Shown here piece after piece: positions 34,172 to 43,621 of a DNA stretch of 64,000 nt. Origin of the DNA: Gammaproteobacteria bacterium. GTDB taxonomy: Bacteria; Pseudomonadota; Gammaproteobacteria; CAJXQU01. The translations under genes were made by a program, and so were the position numbers. Under the pieces are notes generated by a model. It worked only from the letters and a program-made list of their open reading frames with translations. It ran no database searches and was not told the DNA's origin. Each line of letters opens with the position of its first letter. The first letter of the stretch is position 1. The stretch lies in assembly GCA_965238175.1 (NCBI GenBank), contig CBDEGZ010000003.1:1056001-1120000 (forward strand), given 5' to 3'.

Positions 34172-34299
34172 CTGAATGTTTTATCTTGCAATACGGGAGG
34201 AGACCATATATGAACTCGGGATAAGAAAATGAACCAAAGGCCCATTCTCCGATCAGATCAATTGCTACCAAACAGTTGAGAAAAAAGGAGAACAAGCCA

Positions 34300-35238
34300 A
34301 TGTATAAATTAGTTGAAATCTTTTGTGATGTCGATGATAAGGTGAATGCCGAAGGCAGAGAGAATACCCTGGGGTATTTTTGTCAACACTTCATGCCGTT
34401 GTGGGAACAACAATTATTGACCGATGGCAAACGTCAACGTCGTCGAGTTGGACGAATGCAGGCCAGCGAAATCATAACAATTATTATTCTGTTTCATCAC
34501 TCCAACCATCGTGACTTCAAGAACTATTACAAAGGTTTTGTGGCTCAATTCTATGCAAAGGACTTTCCCGAGATACTAAGCTACACGCGCTTTCTAGAGG
34601 TAATGCCGACGGTGCTTGTTCCTTTATGCAGCTACTTTTCTTATCTCAAAGGTAAACCCACTGGCGTTGCGTTTATCGATTCAACCGCCTTAAAAGTGTG
34701 CCACAATCTGCGTATTCCACGCCATCGTGTTTTCAAAGATATTGCTCAACGAGGTCGAGGCACCATGGGCTGGTTTTATGGCTTCAAATTGCACCTCATC
34801 ACCAATCACCAGGGGGATATTCTAGCCGCTAAAATCACACCTGGAAATGTCGATGACCGTCAGCCTGTTCCTGAACTCTGTGAAGCGATGAATGGCAAAC
34901 TATACGAGGATAAAGGCTATATCAGCCAAGCCTTATCGAGCGAATTGTTTGATAAAGGCGTTGAGTTGGTGACCAATGTCCGGAAAAACATGAAAGCAAG
35001 AGTCCTTTCATTATGGGACAGAGCCATGTTGAGTCGGCGTTTTATTATTGAAACGATCAATGACCAGTTGAAGAACATATCGCAAATAGAACATTCCAGA
35101 CACCGCTCTGTACATGGCTTTATGCTCAATCTCATCAGTGGATTAATTGCTTATTGTCTGAAAGATAATAAGCCTTCTTTGAATTTATCAGGGGATGATT
35201 TTGATTGTTTGAAACAGGCGTTGGTACCTATGGCTTAA
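34300..35238 (+). CDS. IS982-family DDE transposase with a 13-aa in-frame insert
   Basis: EIFCDVDD[insert]FCQ, FIDSTAL, GWFYGFKLH, DKGY, RFIIETINDQLK; SD AGGAG upstream. Confidence 0.92.
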   Translation: MYKLVEIFCDVDDKVNAEGRENTLGYFCQHFMPLWEQQLLTDGKRQRRRVGRMQASEIITIIILFHHSNHRDFKNYYKGFVAQFYAKDFPEILSYTRFLEVMPTVLVPLCSYFSYLKGKPTGVAFIDSTALKVCHNLRIPRHRVFKDIAQRGRGTMGWFYGFKLHLITNHQGDILAAKITPGNVDDRQPVPELCEAMNGKLYEDKGYISQALSSELFDKGVELVTNVRKNMKARVLSLWDRAMLSRRFIIETINDQLKNISQIEHSRHRSVHGFMLNLISGLIAYCLKDNKPSLNLSGDDFDCLKQALVPMA

Positions 35239-35259
35239 ACCGATCTGGGGTTATTTACA

Positions 35260-36151
35260 CCTTAATATCTGATTTTATTAGCTATTTCGTGGGGATTGGT
35301 CAGTGTCAGTACCTATTATTATCAATGCCGACAGAAACCGATTAATCATGAAGAACGTATCATGATGAAATCAATCAAAACCATTGCTGTTGAGACAAAC
35401 TACTCATACGGTAAATGACGCATGCATGCGTCGCTATTGAATACAGGTTTTTCTGTTGGTGCCTATATCGAGCTGCCACGTTGATGAAAAAAGCAAACGT
35501 TTTTGCCATTACGCCTCGAAAAAGACATTATTGTCCAAGTACTGGCAAACCTCATATCAAAGCAGAAAATATTCTTGAACGTCAATTTTATCCGAAAACA
35601 ATCAACACTCACCGGGTGGGTGATATTACTTATGTTCGCACACATCAGGGTTGGAGTTATCTCGCTTGTGTTCTAGATTTAGGCTCAAAAGAAATTGTGG
35701 GTTGGGTAATGTCTAAACACCCCAATGCGACCTTAGCAAAGGAAGCATTAAACCATGCCATTCGAAGATAACAGCCTGACACGAGCAATTACTTTTTCAT
35801 TCAGATCAGAGGGTGCAGTATTCTGCCAATGTGTTTGTTGATTATCTTAACCAATTAAATATCACTCAAAGCATGAGTCGAAGGGGAAATTGTCTTGAGA
35901 GCTTGCCTCACGAAGTGTTTTGGGGATAATGCCGTCACTGAGCGATTCTTCCGTAGTTTGAAATCAGAGCGAGTGAACTGTCGTTGTTATCAAACGAGAA
36001 GTCAGGGAATAGCCGATATCATTGATTATATCGAACCGTTTTATAATTAAGAACGACGACATTATAAACTAGGAAATATTTCATCTGTTGAATATGAACA
36101 GGAATTACTAAAAAGTGCCTAATAGATCTCCAAGGTTAGTTAACCATTACA
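35260..36151 (+). pseudogene. IS3-family OrfB pseudogene with right IR
   Basis: VGDITYVRTHQGWSYLA, FHSDQ and SRRGNC...DNA fragments with stops and frameshifts; ends TTAACCATTACA. Confidence 0.88.
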
Positions 36152-36243
36152 GTTGGGAGTGAATTGTTAAATAGCACTATTTGTGATCAAAATCGCATTT
36201 TTCACCTATCTTCTTTTCGATTTTAGGACTATGCTTTTAATTA

Positions 36244-36432
36244 GACATTCTCTGTGGTATTTGTCAGCATTCCAGGTATTCTTGAGCCTATGCTAATTTT
36301 TTATGGAACTGAACTGATGGGTGATGTTGTGCATGACCACCTTTGAGTGGTAAGCCTGATTTGCCCGGGGACGTTCCTCGATTGAACCCTCGGTTCAAGT
36401 CGCGGGTCTGCAACGGTACTATGGAGAGTGTC
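36244..36432 (+). ncRNA. ssrS: 6S RNA (SsrS)
   Basis: About 190-nt rod: 5' GACATTCTCTGTGGTA pairs with 3' TACTATGGAGAGTGTC; conserved elements CTTGAGCC, GTGCATG..AAGCCT, TTGAACC..GGTTCAAG. Confidence 0.85.
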
Positions 36433-36493
36433 ACTTATTCTTAATGGATTTTGATAGGGGATATTTGGACAACAATTGTTTGACTAAAAATAG

Positions 36494-37585
36494 TTAAACA
36501 TTAAATCTGAAGTGGATTACGTCTCCATCTTGGACGATATATTCTTTGCCTTCTAAGCGCCACTTTCCAGCTTCTTTAGCACCTTGATCACCATTGTTTG
36601 TTACGTAATCATCATAAGCAACTAATTCCGCGCGAATAAAGCCACGTTCAAAATCGGTATGAATGACACCAGCAGCTTGTGGTGCTGTTGCACCAATTTT
36701 CACGGTCCATGCGCGAACTTCTTTCTCACCAGCAGTAAAGTAGGTCTGTAGGTTCAGTAGAGCATAGCCTGCGCGGATTATTCGATTGAGTCCAGGTTCT
36801 TCGAGGCCAAGGTCATCTAAAAATTCTTGTTTGTCTTCTTCATCTAAACTGGCAATTTCTGCTTCAATAGCCGCACAAACAGGCACCACTGAGGCGTTTT
36901 CTTTAGTCGCAATTTCAGTCAGTTGATCAAGAAGTGGATTGTTTGTTGTGCCGTTTTCCGCAATATTAGCAACATAAAACATCGGTTTTGCCGTAATTAG
37001 GTGAAAGCTTTTGAGGATATGTTTTTGATCATCGTCTAGTTCCATGGAACGAACAGGGTTGCCTTCACCTAAGCATGATTCTATTTGAGATAGAAATTCG
37101 ATTTGCACTTTGGCTTCTTTATCTCCACTTCGCCCTTTTTTGTTTAACCTTTCTATACTGCGTTGTACCGATTCGAGATCGGCTAAAGCCAATTCGGTAT
37201 TGATCGTTTCGATATCAGATAGAGGATTTATCTTGCCATCAACGTGGATCACATTTTCATCTTCAAAACAGCGCACAACATGCGCTATCGCGTTGGTTTC
37301 GCGAATGTGGGATAGAAACTGGTTTCCGAGCCCTTCACCTTTTGACGCACCTGCGACTAGGCCGGCAATATCAACAAACTCCATAGTGGTTAAAAGAATT
37401 TTCTGTGGATTGACTATTTCAGCAAGTTTGGTGATCCGAGGATCAGGAACTTCCACAATGCCGACGTTTGGATCGATCGTACAAAACGGATAGTTTTCCG
37501 CATCGATATCGGCACTCGTTAGTGCGTTGAATAAGGTTGATTTGCCAACGTTAGGTAAGCCGACAATGCCACATTTGAATCCCAT
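36494..37585 (-). CDS. ychF: Redox-regulated ATPase YchF
   Basis: [35 protein letters not shown]. Confidence 0.98.
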   Translation of the reverse strand: MGFKCGIVGLPNVGKSTLFNALTSADIDAENYPFCTIDPNVGIVEVPDPRITKLAEIVNPQKILLTTMEFVDIAGLVAGASKGEGLGNQFLSHIRETNAIAHVVRCFEDENVIHVDGKINPLSDIETINTELALADLESVQRSIERLNKKGRSGDKEAKVQIEFLSQIESCLGEGNPVRSMELDDDQKHILKSFHLITAKPMFYVANIAENGTTNNPLLDQLTEIATKENASVVPVCAAIEAEIASLDEEDKQEFLDDLGLEEPGLNRIIRAGYALLNLQTYFTAGEKEVRAWTVKIGATAPQAAGVIHTDFERGFIRAELVAYDDYVTNNGDQGAKEAGKWRLEGKEYIVQDGDVIHFRFNV

Positions 37586-37590
37586 GTTTT

Positions 37591-38175
37591 TTAATCCTGT
37601 TTCCGATGTAATTCATTCATCGCTTTTTGTAAATTTCCAGACAAGATGTCAGGCATAAATTCCAGTGTACGCGAAATTACATTCTGAATTTCAATTTCTT
37701 CCGTTAAGGTGGGTTTATTAAGTACATACTTACTTACATCTGCTCCCGTGCCTGGGTGACCTATTCCAAGTCTGATGCGTAAATATTGATCAGAATTAAA
37801 ACGGCTGGTGATATCTCTAAGTCCGTTATGACCACCATGGCCACCGCCTTCTTTTAAGCGAAGTGTGCCGGTTTCCAAATCAAGCTCATCATGGATGACA
37901 AGAATTCTTTCAATGGGTATTCGGTAATAAGTTGCTAATGCTCCAACACTTTGGCCAGATCTATTCATGAAAGTCGACGGTTTTAGTAGCCAACAATTAT
38001 GATCGGCCGTTTTAATCTGAGCTGTGTCTCCGAAGAACTTAGACTGAGCTTGAAAAGTGATGTTATTCTTTTTTACAAGCTCATCTAAAAACCAAAACCC
38101 GACATTATGTCGGGTTTGAGTATATTCAGATCCTGGATTACCCAGGCCAACGATTAGATCAATTCTTGAAGCCAT
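37591..38175 (-). CDS. pth: Peptidyl-tRNA hydrolase
   Basis: VGLGNPG, TRHNVGF, HDELD, GGHNGLR. Confidence 0.98.
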   Translation of the reverse strand: MASRIDLIVGLGNPGSEYTQTRHNVGFWFLDELVKKNNITFQAQSKFFGDTAQIKTADHNCWLLKPSTFMNRSGQSVGALATYYRIPIERILVIHDELDLETGTLRLKEGGGHGGHNGLRDITSRFNSDQYLRIRLGIGHPGTGADVSKYVLNKPTLTEEIEIQNVISRTLEFMPDILSGNLQKAMNELHRKQD

Positions 38176-38238
38176 TAGTTGGTTTGGAGCTAGTTTGATT
38201 TAGATCCGAGTTATAAACTAATAGAACAGGTGAAGATA

Positions 38239-38904
38239 TTAATCTTCTTCACCTTCTCCTTCATCAGAGGATTCTTCTGGATCTGCTCCATCTTCAACTA
38301 CTGGTGCATCATCTTCAATCACTACGGCTCTTCTTGTATGAACTGAAGCGACAGGTTGACTATCATCACCGCCATGTAGAAGGGCATTAATTTCAACATT
38401 TTCAGGCATATTAAGATCTGAAAGATGAATTGTTTGATCAAGAACAACATCCGCCATATCAATTTCAATGAATTCTGGAAGATCGGCTGCAAGACAGCTA
38501 ACCTCAATTTCGTTCATATGGTGATTGATTGAACCACCATCTTGTTTAACACCAATACATGATTCTTCATTAATATAATGAAGAGGAATGTTCATGGTTA
38601 ACTTATGGGTCTTGTCTATACGTAAAAGGTCAAGATGCATAATTGTGTTTTTTGCAGGATGACGTTGCATGTCTTTGAGAACAACACTTTCTTCATTTCC
38701 ATCTAAGTTCAAAGTCAATACAGAAGAATAAAATGCTTCATTCTGAAGCCTTTTTTCCATCTCTGTATGTTTGAGTTGAAAAGAAACAGGATCCTTTTCG
38801 GTTCCGTAAACAATGCCTGGTACCAGGCCGGCATGACGCAGGCGGCGGCTCGCACCTTTCCCCATATCATCACGCTTTTCAGCAATAATTGTAAAATCAC
38901 TCAT
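38239..38904 (-). CDS. rplY: 50S ribosomal protein L25/Ctc
   Basis: GKGASRRLR, QRHP, CLAADLPEFIE, acidic tail; SD GGAG before the ATG at 38904. Confidence 0.96.
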   Translation of the reverse strand: MSDFTIIAEKRDDMGKGASRRLRHAGLVPGIVYGTEKDPVSFQLKHTEMEKRLQNEAFYSSVLTLNLDGNEESVVLKDMQRHPAKNTIMHLDLLRIDKTHKLTMNIPLHYINEESCIGVKQDGGSINHHMNEIEVSCLAADLPEFIEIDMADVVLDQTIHLSDLNMPENVEINALLHGGDDSQPVASVHTRRAVVIEDDAPVVEDGADPEESSDEGEGEED

Positions 38905-38936
38905 GTGAAACTCCACTTAACTTACATAAAATAAAA

Positions 38937-38960
38937 CGTAGAACCGCGACCAGATCTACG
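38937..38960 (-). promoter_or_regulatory. Putative rplY (L25) autoregulatory leader hairpin
   Basis: CGTAGATCTGGTCGCGGTTCTACG hairpin with GGTCGC core directly upstream of rplY. Confidence 0.6.
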
Positions 38961-38971
38961 CAAGAAAATAA

Positions 38972-39925
38972 TTAATCGACAAACATAGAACTAAGAGATT
39001 CGCCTGAACTAATGCGGTTAATACTCTCGGCCAATAACCCGGAAACGCTCAATTGTCGAATACGATCACAGGCTGATGCTTGTTCTGAGAGGGGTATTGT
39101 ATCTGTTACTACGAGTTCGTCCAGTTTTGAGTTCTCAATGTTCTGCATTGCATTGCCAGATAATACTGGATGTGTACAGTAAGCAACGACTTTTTTAGCC
39201 CCATAGCCCTTTAAAGCACCGGCTGCCTGGCATAGTGTGCCGGCCGTATCCACCAGATCATCGATAATGACGCAAGTTCGGCCTTCAACATCGCCGATAA
39301 TGTTCATTACTTCAGCAACATTAGCCTTCGGCCGCCGTTTATCAATAATTGCCAGATCCGCATCATCAAGTCTTTTGGCCAGTGCTCTTGCTCGAACAAC
39401 ACCGCCTACGTCAGGAGAAACAACCATTAGATTAGGGTATTTATGTTTCCAGACATCGGCGAGTAGGACCGGGGATGAATAAACATTATCCAATGGCATA
39501 TCGAAAAAGCCCTGAATTTGATCGGCATGCAAATCAACGGTCAGAACTCTATCCGTTCCAACAGCAGCAATAGTATTTGCAACCACTTTTGCGGTGATAG
39601 GAACACGAGCCGAGCGTGGACGACGATCTTGTCTGGCATAACCTAAATAAGGAATAACAGCAGTAATTCGTTGTGCGGACGCACGTCTAAGCGCATCAAC
39701 CATTACCAACAATTCCATCAGGTTATCATTGGTTGGTGCACATGTTGGTTGGATAATATAAACGTCGCGACCACGCACGTTTTCGCCGATATCGACTAAA
39801 ATTTCCCCATCGCTGAATTTGCCAACGGTGGCCTTCCCTAGCGGGAGATGTAAGTGGGAGGCAATTGCCTGAGAAAGTTTCGGATTAGCATTGCCCGAAA
39901 AAATCATCATTGATGGAAGTGTCAC
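38972..39925 (-). CDS. prs: Ribose-phosphate pyrophosphokinase
   Basis: [29 protein letters not shown]; GTG start at 39925 with GAGGA SD. Confidence 0.97.
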   Translation of the reverse strand: MTLPSMMIFSGNANPKLSQAIASHLHLPLGKATVGKFSDGEILVDIGENVRGRDVYIIQPTCAPTNDNLMELLVMVDALRRASAQRITAVIPYLGYARQDRRPRSARVPITAKVVANTIAAVGTDRVLTVDLHADQIQGFFDMPLDNVYSSPVLLADVWKHKYPNLMVVSPDVGGVVRARALAKRLDDADLAIIDKRRPKANVAEVMNIIGDVEGRTCVIIDDLVDTAGTLCQAAGALKGYGAKKVVAYCTHPVLSGNAMQNIENSKLDELVVTDTIPLSEQASACDRIRQLSVSGLLAESINRISSGESLSSMFVD

Positions 39926-39960
39926 TGCAATCCTCGCAAACTTCGTTAGATATAGAAAAA

Positions 39961-40035
39961 TGGCTGGGGCGGCAGGATTCGAACCTACGAATGCCAGGAT
40001 CAAAACCTGGTGGCTTACCGCTTGCCGACGCCCCA
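39961..40035 (-). tRNA. tRNA-Gln(TTG)
   Basis: TGGGGCG...CCAGG-TTTTGAT-CCTGG...GGTTCGAATCC...CGCCCCAGCCA; usual ispE-tRNA-prs position. Confidence 0.97.
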
Positions 40036-40071
40036 ATTATTTTTTCGAACCAGATCTGCTTAGCAGCAGTA

Positions 40072-40920
40072 TTACTCAGGTTCTTTGGCTAATCGATCAA
40101 GTAAAGGAGATCTATTTAACCCTTTCACAATATATCCTAACCATTGTTTAGGCAATAATTGCGCCACTTCTTGAGCAGCAGCTTTATCAGGGTAAGGACA
40201 GAATACACATGCGCCTGTACCGGTCAGTCTTGCTTGACTGTTTTCGCCGAACCACTTAAAAACCTGTTCAACTTCAGGATATTCACTGCGAACCACAAAT
40301 TCGCAGTCATTTTTGCCGTCTCCAGCAATGAATGTGTGCATTTTGATGGGAGTCGTATCTCGTGTCAATTGGGAATTTAAAAAGATTTTTGCTGTGGATA
40401 TATGTACGCCTGGATGAACCAGTAAATACCAAGGCATTTTTGTTTCAAAATCAGTTAGATTTTCCCCAATCCCCTCAGCCCATGCCGTATGACCATGTAG
40501 GAAAAACGGGATATCTGCACCTAACTTAAGACCAATCTTTGTTAGATCTGTTGTTTCCAGATCAAGTCCCCAGAGTTTATTTAATGCAACTAAGGTTGTT
40601 GCGGCATCTGAACTTCCACCACCAATTCCACCGCCCATAGGAAGCTTTTTATCAATAAAAATGTCTGCGCCTTGATCTATACCGGAAATTTCTTGCAATT
40701 GTTTTGCTGCTTTTATGATCAGATCTTCAGATTCTTCGACACCTTTTAAATCTGAACAACGTCGAATAATCCGATCATTTCGTACTTTAAATCTAAGTTC
40801 ATCACAGAAATCGAGAAATTGAAATAACGTTTGTAATTTGTGATAACCATCTTCGCGACGACCGTTTATGTGTAGAAATAAATTGATCTTTGCCGGAGCA
40901 GGCCAGGGAATATCGGTCAT
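40072..40920 (-). CDS. ispE: 4-diphosphocytidyl-2-C-methyl-D-erythritol kinase
   Basis: PAPAKINLFL, PMGGGIGGGSSDAA, LTGTGACVF. Confidence 0.97.
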   Translation of the reverse strand: MTDIPWPAPAKINLFLHINGRREDGYHKLQTLFQFLDFCDELRFKVRNDRIIRRCSDLKGVEESEDLIIKAAKQLQEISGIDQGADIFIDKKLPMGGGIGGGSSDAATTLVALNKLWGLDLETTDLTKIGLKLGADIPFFLHGHTAWAEGIGENLTDFETKMPWYLLVHPGVHISTAKIFLNSQLTRDTTPIKMHTFIAGDGKNDCEFVVRSEYPEVEQVFKWFGENSQARLTGTGACVFCPYPDKAAAQEVAQLLPKQWLGYIVKGLNRSPLLDRLAKEPE

Positions 40921-40936
40921 GCTTAATGTGAATAGT

Positions 40937-41557
40937 TTACTGCGAAGTGATCCATTCGCTAACGGCTATTTTTATTTTCAGATGACTATTTTCGATAGTC
41001 ATCTTTGTTGGCAGGTAATAACCATCTTTATGAATATATTTAGAAATTTTGATATTCCAACCGGCCTGTTTAAGCTTAGCGAGACGCTCATTACTATCTA
41101 AGACAATGTCTCGTTCAGGATCATCTGGGTAGGGTAAACCACGTAACCAGTAACCTAAACCACTGACAGGAAATTTAAATCCCAAGGTTTTATTCATCAA
41201 CGTTTCAGGATCTTTTGCGATTTGTTCTGTACCGTCAGGTAATAAAATTGAGACGTTTTCAGGAGTGCCGGTTAGATGATAGAGAGTTTGACTAAAAGGT
41301 GCAGTAAAGCGGATATCATATAGTTGATCTTGCTGTTTCCAACGAATACTTGAAGCAAAACCATCAGCCTTTGATTGTATAAAAGCCCGGCTATTCATTC
41401 GCCAATATTTCAATTCTGTTATGTGGATTTTGTGGGCTTTCCATTGATCAAAAACAGGAGATTCTGTCGCCACTTTGGAAAGGGGTAAATTTACACAACC
41501 AGAAAGGAAAAAAATAGTTAAGCCAAAGAAAAATATTCTTGTGGAATAATTGTTCAT
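40937..41557 (-). CDS. lolB: Outer-membrane lipoprotein insertion protein LolB
   Basis: Lipobox LSGC, PVSGLGYWLRG, LKQAGW; synteny with ispE. Confidence 0.9.
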   Translation of the reverse strand: MNNYSTRIFFFGLTIFFLSGCVNLPLSKVATESPVFDQWKAHKIHITELKYWRMNSRAFIQSKADGFASSIRWKQQDQLYDIRFTAPFSQTLYHLTGTPENVSILLPDGTEQIAKDPETLMNKTLGFKFPVSGLGYWLRGLPYPDDPERDIVLDSNERLAKLKQAGWNIKISKYIHKDGYYLPTKMTIENSHLKIKIAVSEWITSQ

Positions 41558-41648
41558 ATTGATTACTTTAAATGTGATCTTAATATTTGTAGTTTATTGT
41601 TTTGATTTATAGGTTCTTGTTATGAACTACCATTTATGGATTCTAATT

Positions 41649-43427
41649 TTAAGGGTTCAGACGTTGCAAAACTTTGAGCAAATTTTCATCTTCTGGCGTG
41701 GTTTTTAAGGCGTTATTAAGAACCTCGCGAGCTTCTTTTTTATCGCCTTTTACCCATAACACTTCACCAAGATGTGCGGAAACTTCTGGATCGTTGTTCA
41801 ATTCTTTTGCTTTTCTAAGATATTTGATGGACTCCTCAAGTTTGCCTAGTCGATAAAGAACCCAGCCCATGCTATCAAGAATATAGAAATTATTGGGGCT
41901 TAAATCCAGTGCTTTTTTGATATAGTCGTAAGCTTCTTCATAACGATCAGTACGATCTGCAAGTGTGTATCCAAGGGCATTGAGTACATCAGCGTTATTT
42001 GAGTTATTTTTGATGATCAATTTCAAATCTTGCTCAAACAAATCCAGTCGGCCCATTTTTTCGGCTAGCATAGCTCGGCTGTACAAGAGATCCGGATCGT
42101 GTCCATTCCCAATAGCTTCATCGAAGATCAATTTTGCTTCTTCAAATTTTCCTTCTTCGATAAGGATCTCGGTTTTTACACGAGCTAACTGAATTTTCTG
42201 TGCTTGGTTGTATGGTTGGATGTTGGTCAAAATAGCTCTTGCTTCATCTGGCTTCTCAAGTCGTGCTTTAGTAATTGCAATTTTGATCTGGGCATCAAAA
42301 TAATTAGGGCTAGTATTACCGATAGCTTCATACCATGTAATTGCGCCTTCAAGATCTTTCTCAAATTCTGCGATCTGACCAAGATAGTAACTAGATTCAT
42401 TAACCAATATTTGCTTGCTAATCATGTATTCGAACTGTTCTTTTGCTTCTTTTGCGTGGTTTGTCTGTAAGTTCAGCAGACCTAAAGCATAGTGTGCATC
42501 TGTACTGTCTGGATGAGAGACTGTGAGCACTTTAAAACCATCTCTAGCCTCATCGTAGCGACCAAGATCGGCTAATAACCGGGCATGAGCGATGCGATAC
42601 TCGAAACTGCCGGGGTTCTTTTTTAAAAGCTCCTCTAAATATTGAAAAGCAACATATTTACTACCTTCTTTTTCAAGAATACCAATGTAGACAAGTTGGT
42701 AGTTTTCATCTTCTGGGGCAAGTTTTGTTACTTGTTCAATAATACTTTTAGCTTTTGCAATATCTCCAGAGCGTAGCGTAAGTAAACCATAGGCGAACAT
42801 TGCCTCTTTATCATTCTGGCGACTCTGCATAAGTCGATCCATAACGTTCAGGGCAGTTTCTTTATCCTCAGGTTTATTCAGGAAGTTAGCCAGCATTTGC
42901 ATGGAATTACCGGTTTCTGCAGGATGTTTCTGCAGGATATTCTCCATTGTTTCCAAAGCTTTATTCGGCTGATCATTACGGATGTGCATTGCCGTAAGTA
43001 TTTGATGAGCTTCCATATTCTCAGGGGCATATTTAACCCAGAGCTTGGCTGCTTCCAACGCTTCTTTATCTTTACGAGCATAGATCATAATCCGTGTAGC
43101 ACGTTCTACCAATGCAGGATCTTTAATCTGTTGGGTGAGTTCTACATAATTATCGATTGATAAATCAAGTTCACCTCGTAGACCTGCAATTTCAGCAACC
43201 ATTAGTTTATAGAGCACGTCACCAGTTAGATCTGATGGAATACTTTTGGTTGATTGATTGTCCTTTGGATTTTCAGCGGTACTGACCTTTGGATTTTCAG
43301 CTGGAGTCGGGGTTGAAGGCTGAGGTTCGCCGGCAGTTTTAATGCCGCTACAACCGACCGTTCCTATTAAGACACACAGTGCAGCGCCTATGGATAAGAA
43401 TCGAGTAATGTTTGAGGTGTTTTTCAT
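41649..43427 (-). CDS. Tetratricopeptide-repeat lipoprotein (conserved between hemA and lolB)
   Basis: VGC lipobox, TPR repeats, LNALGYTLADRT, ILDSMGWVLY, AHLGEVLW. Confidence 0.9.
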   Translation of the reverse strand: MKNTSNITRFLSIGAALCVLIGTVGCSGIKTAGEPQPSTPTPAENPKVSTAENPKDNQSTKSIPSDLTGDVLYKLMVAEIAGLRGELDLSIDNYVELTQQIKDPALVERATRIMIYARKDKEALEAAKLWVKYAPENMEAHQILTAMHIRNDQPNKALETMENILQKHPAETGNSMQMLANFLNKPEDKETALNVMDRLMQSRQNDKEAMFAYGLLTLRSGDIAKAKSIIEQVTKLAPEDENYQLVYIGILEKEGSKYVAFQYLEELLKKNPGSFEYRIAHARLLADLGRYDEARDGFKVLTVSHPDSTDAHYALGLLNLQTNHAKEAKEQFEYMISKQILVNESSYYLGQIAEFEKDLEGAITWYEAIGNTSPNYFDAQIKIAITKARLEKPDEARAILTNIQPYNQAQKIQLARVKTEILIEEGKFEEAKLIFDEAIGNGHDPDLLYSRAMLAEKMGRLDLFEQDLKLIIKNNSNNADVLNALGYTLADRTDRYEEAYDYIKKALDLSPNNFYILDSMGWVLYRLGKLEESIKYLRKAKELNNDPEVSAHLGEVLWVKGDKKEAREVLNNALKTTPEDENLLKVLQRLNP

Positions 43428-43621
43428 ACTTGTTTTCAAGATAAAAATTTCATTGATTGTATGCGTATAATATATACCTTTCACAAGGTAAACTATCTAC
43501 TATGGATTGCAAGAGGCTAAGATAAGTTCAATAGTTTACATTTGATACCCACGCTGGCGACTACAAAACGTAATGCAAAACATATACCCACACCTATTTG
43601 TCCGAATAAAAAGATCCTCAT

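Larger units (their letters stand above)
32866..34213 (+). mobile_element. IS110-family, IS1111-group element
   Basis: Perfect 13-bp subterminal IRs ATGGTCTCCTCCC (32873-32885) / GGGAGGAGACCAT (34195-34207); TGA core at both junctions; long 3' non-coding region. Confidence 0.93.
32861..35253 (+). mobile_element. IS982-family element whose left TIR is split by an IS1111-type element
   Basis: Removing 32866-34210 rebuilds TAACCTGAACTCGGGATAAG, the imperfect inverse of the right end CTTAAACCGATCTGGGGTTA. Confidence 0.85.

Noticed and set aside
39926-40036. N-terminal extension of Prs in the ORF track
   Set aside because: It is read-through across tRNA-Gln; the real start is GTG at 39925 with an SD.
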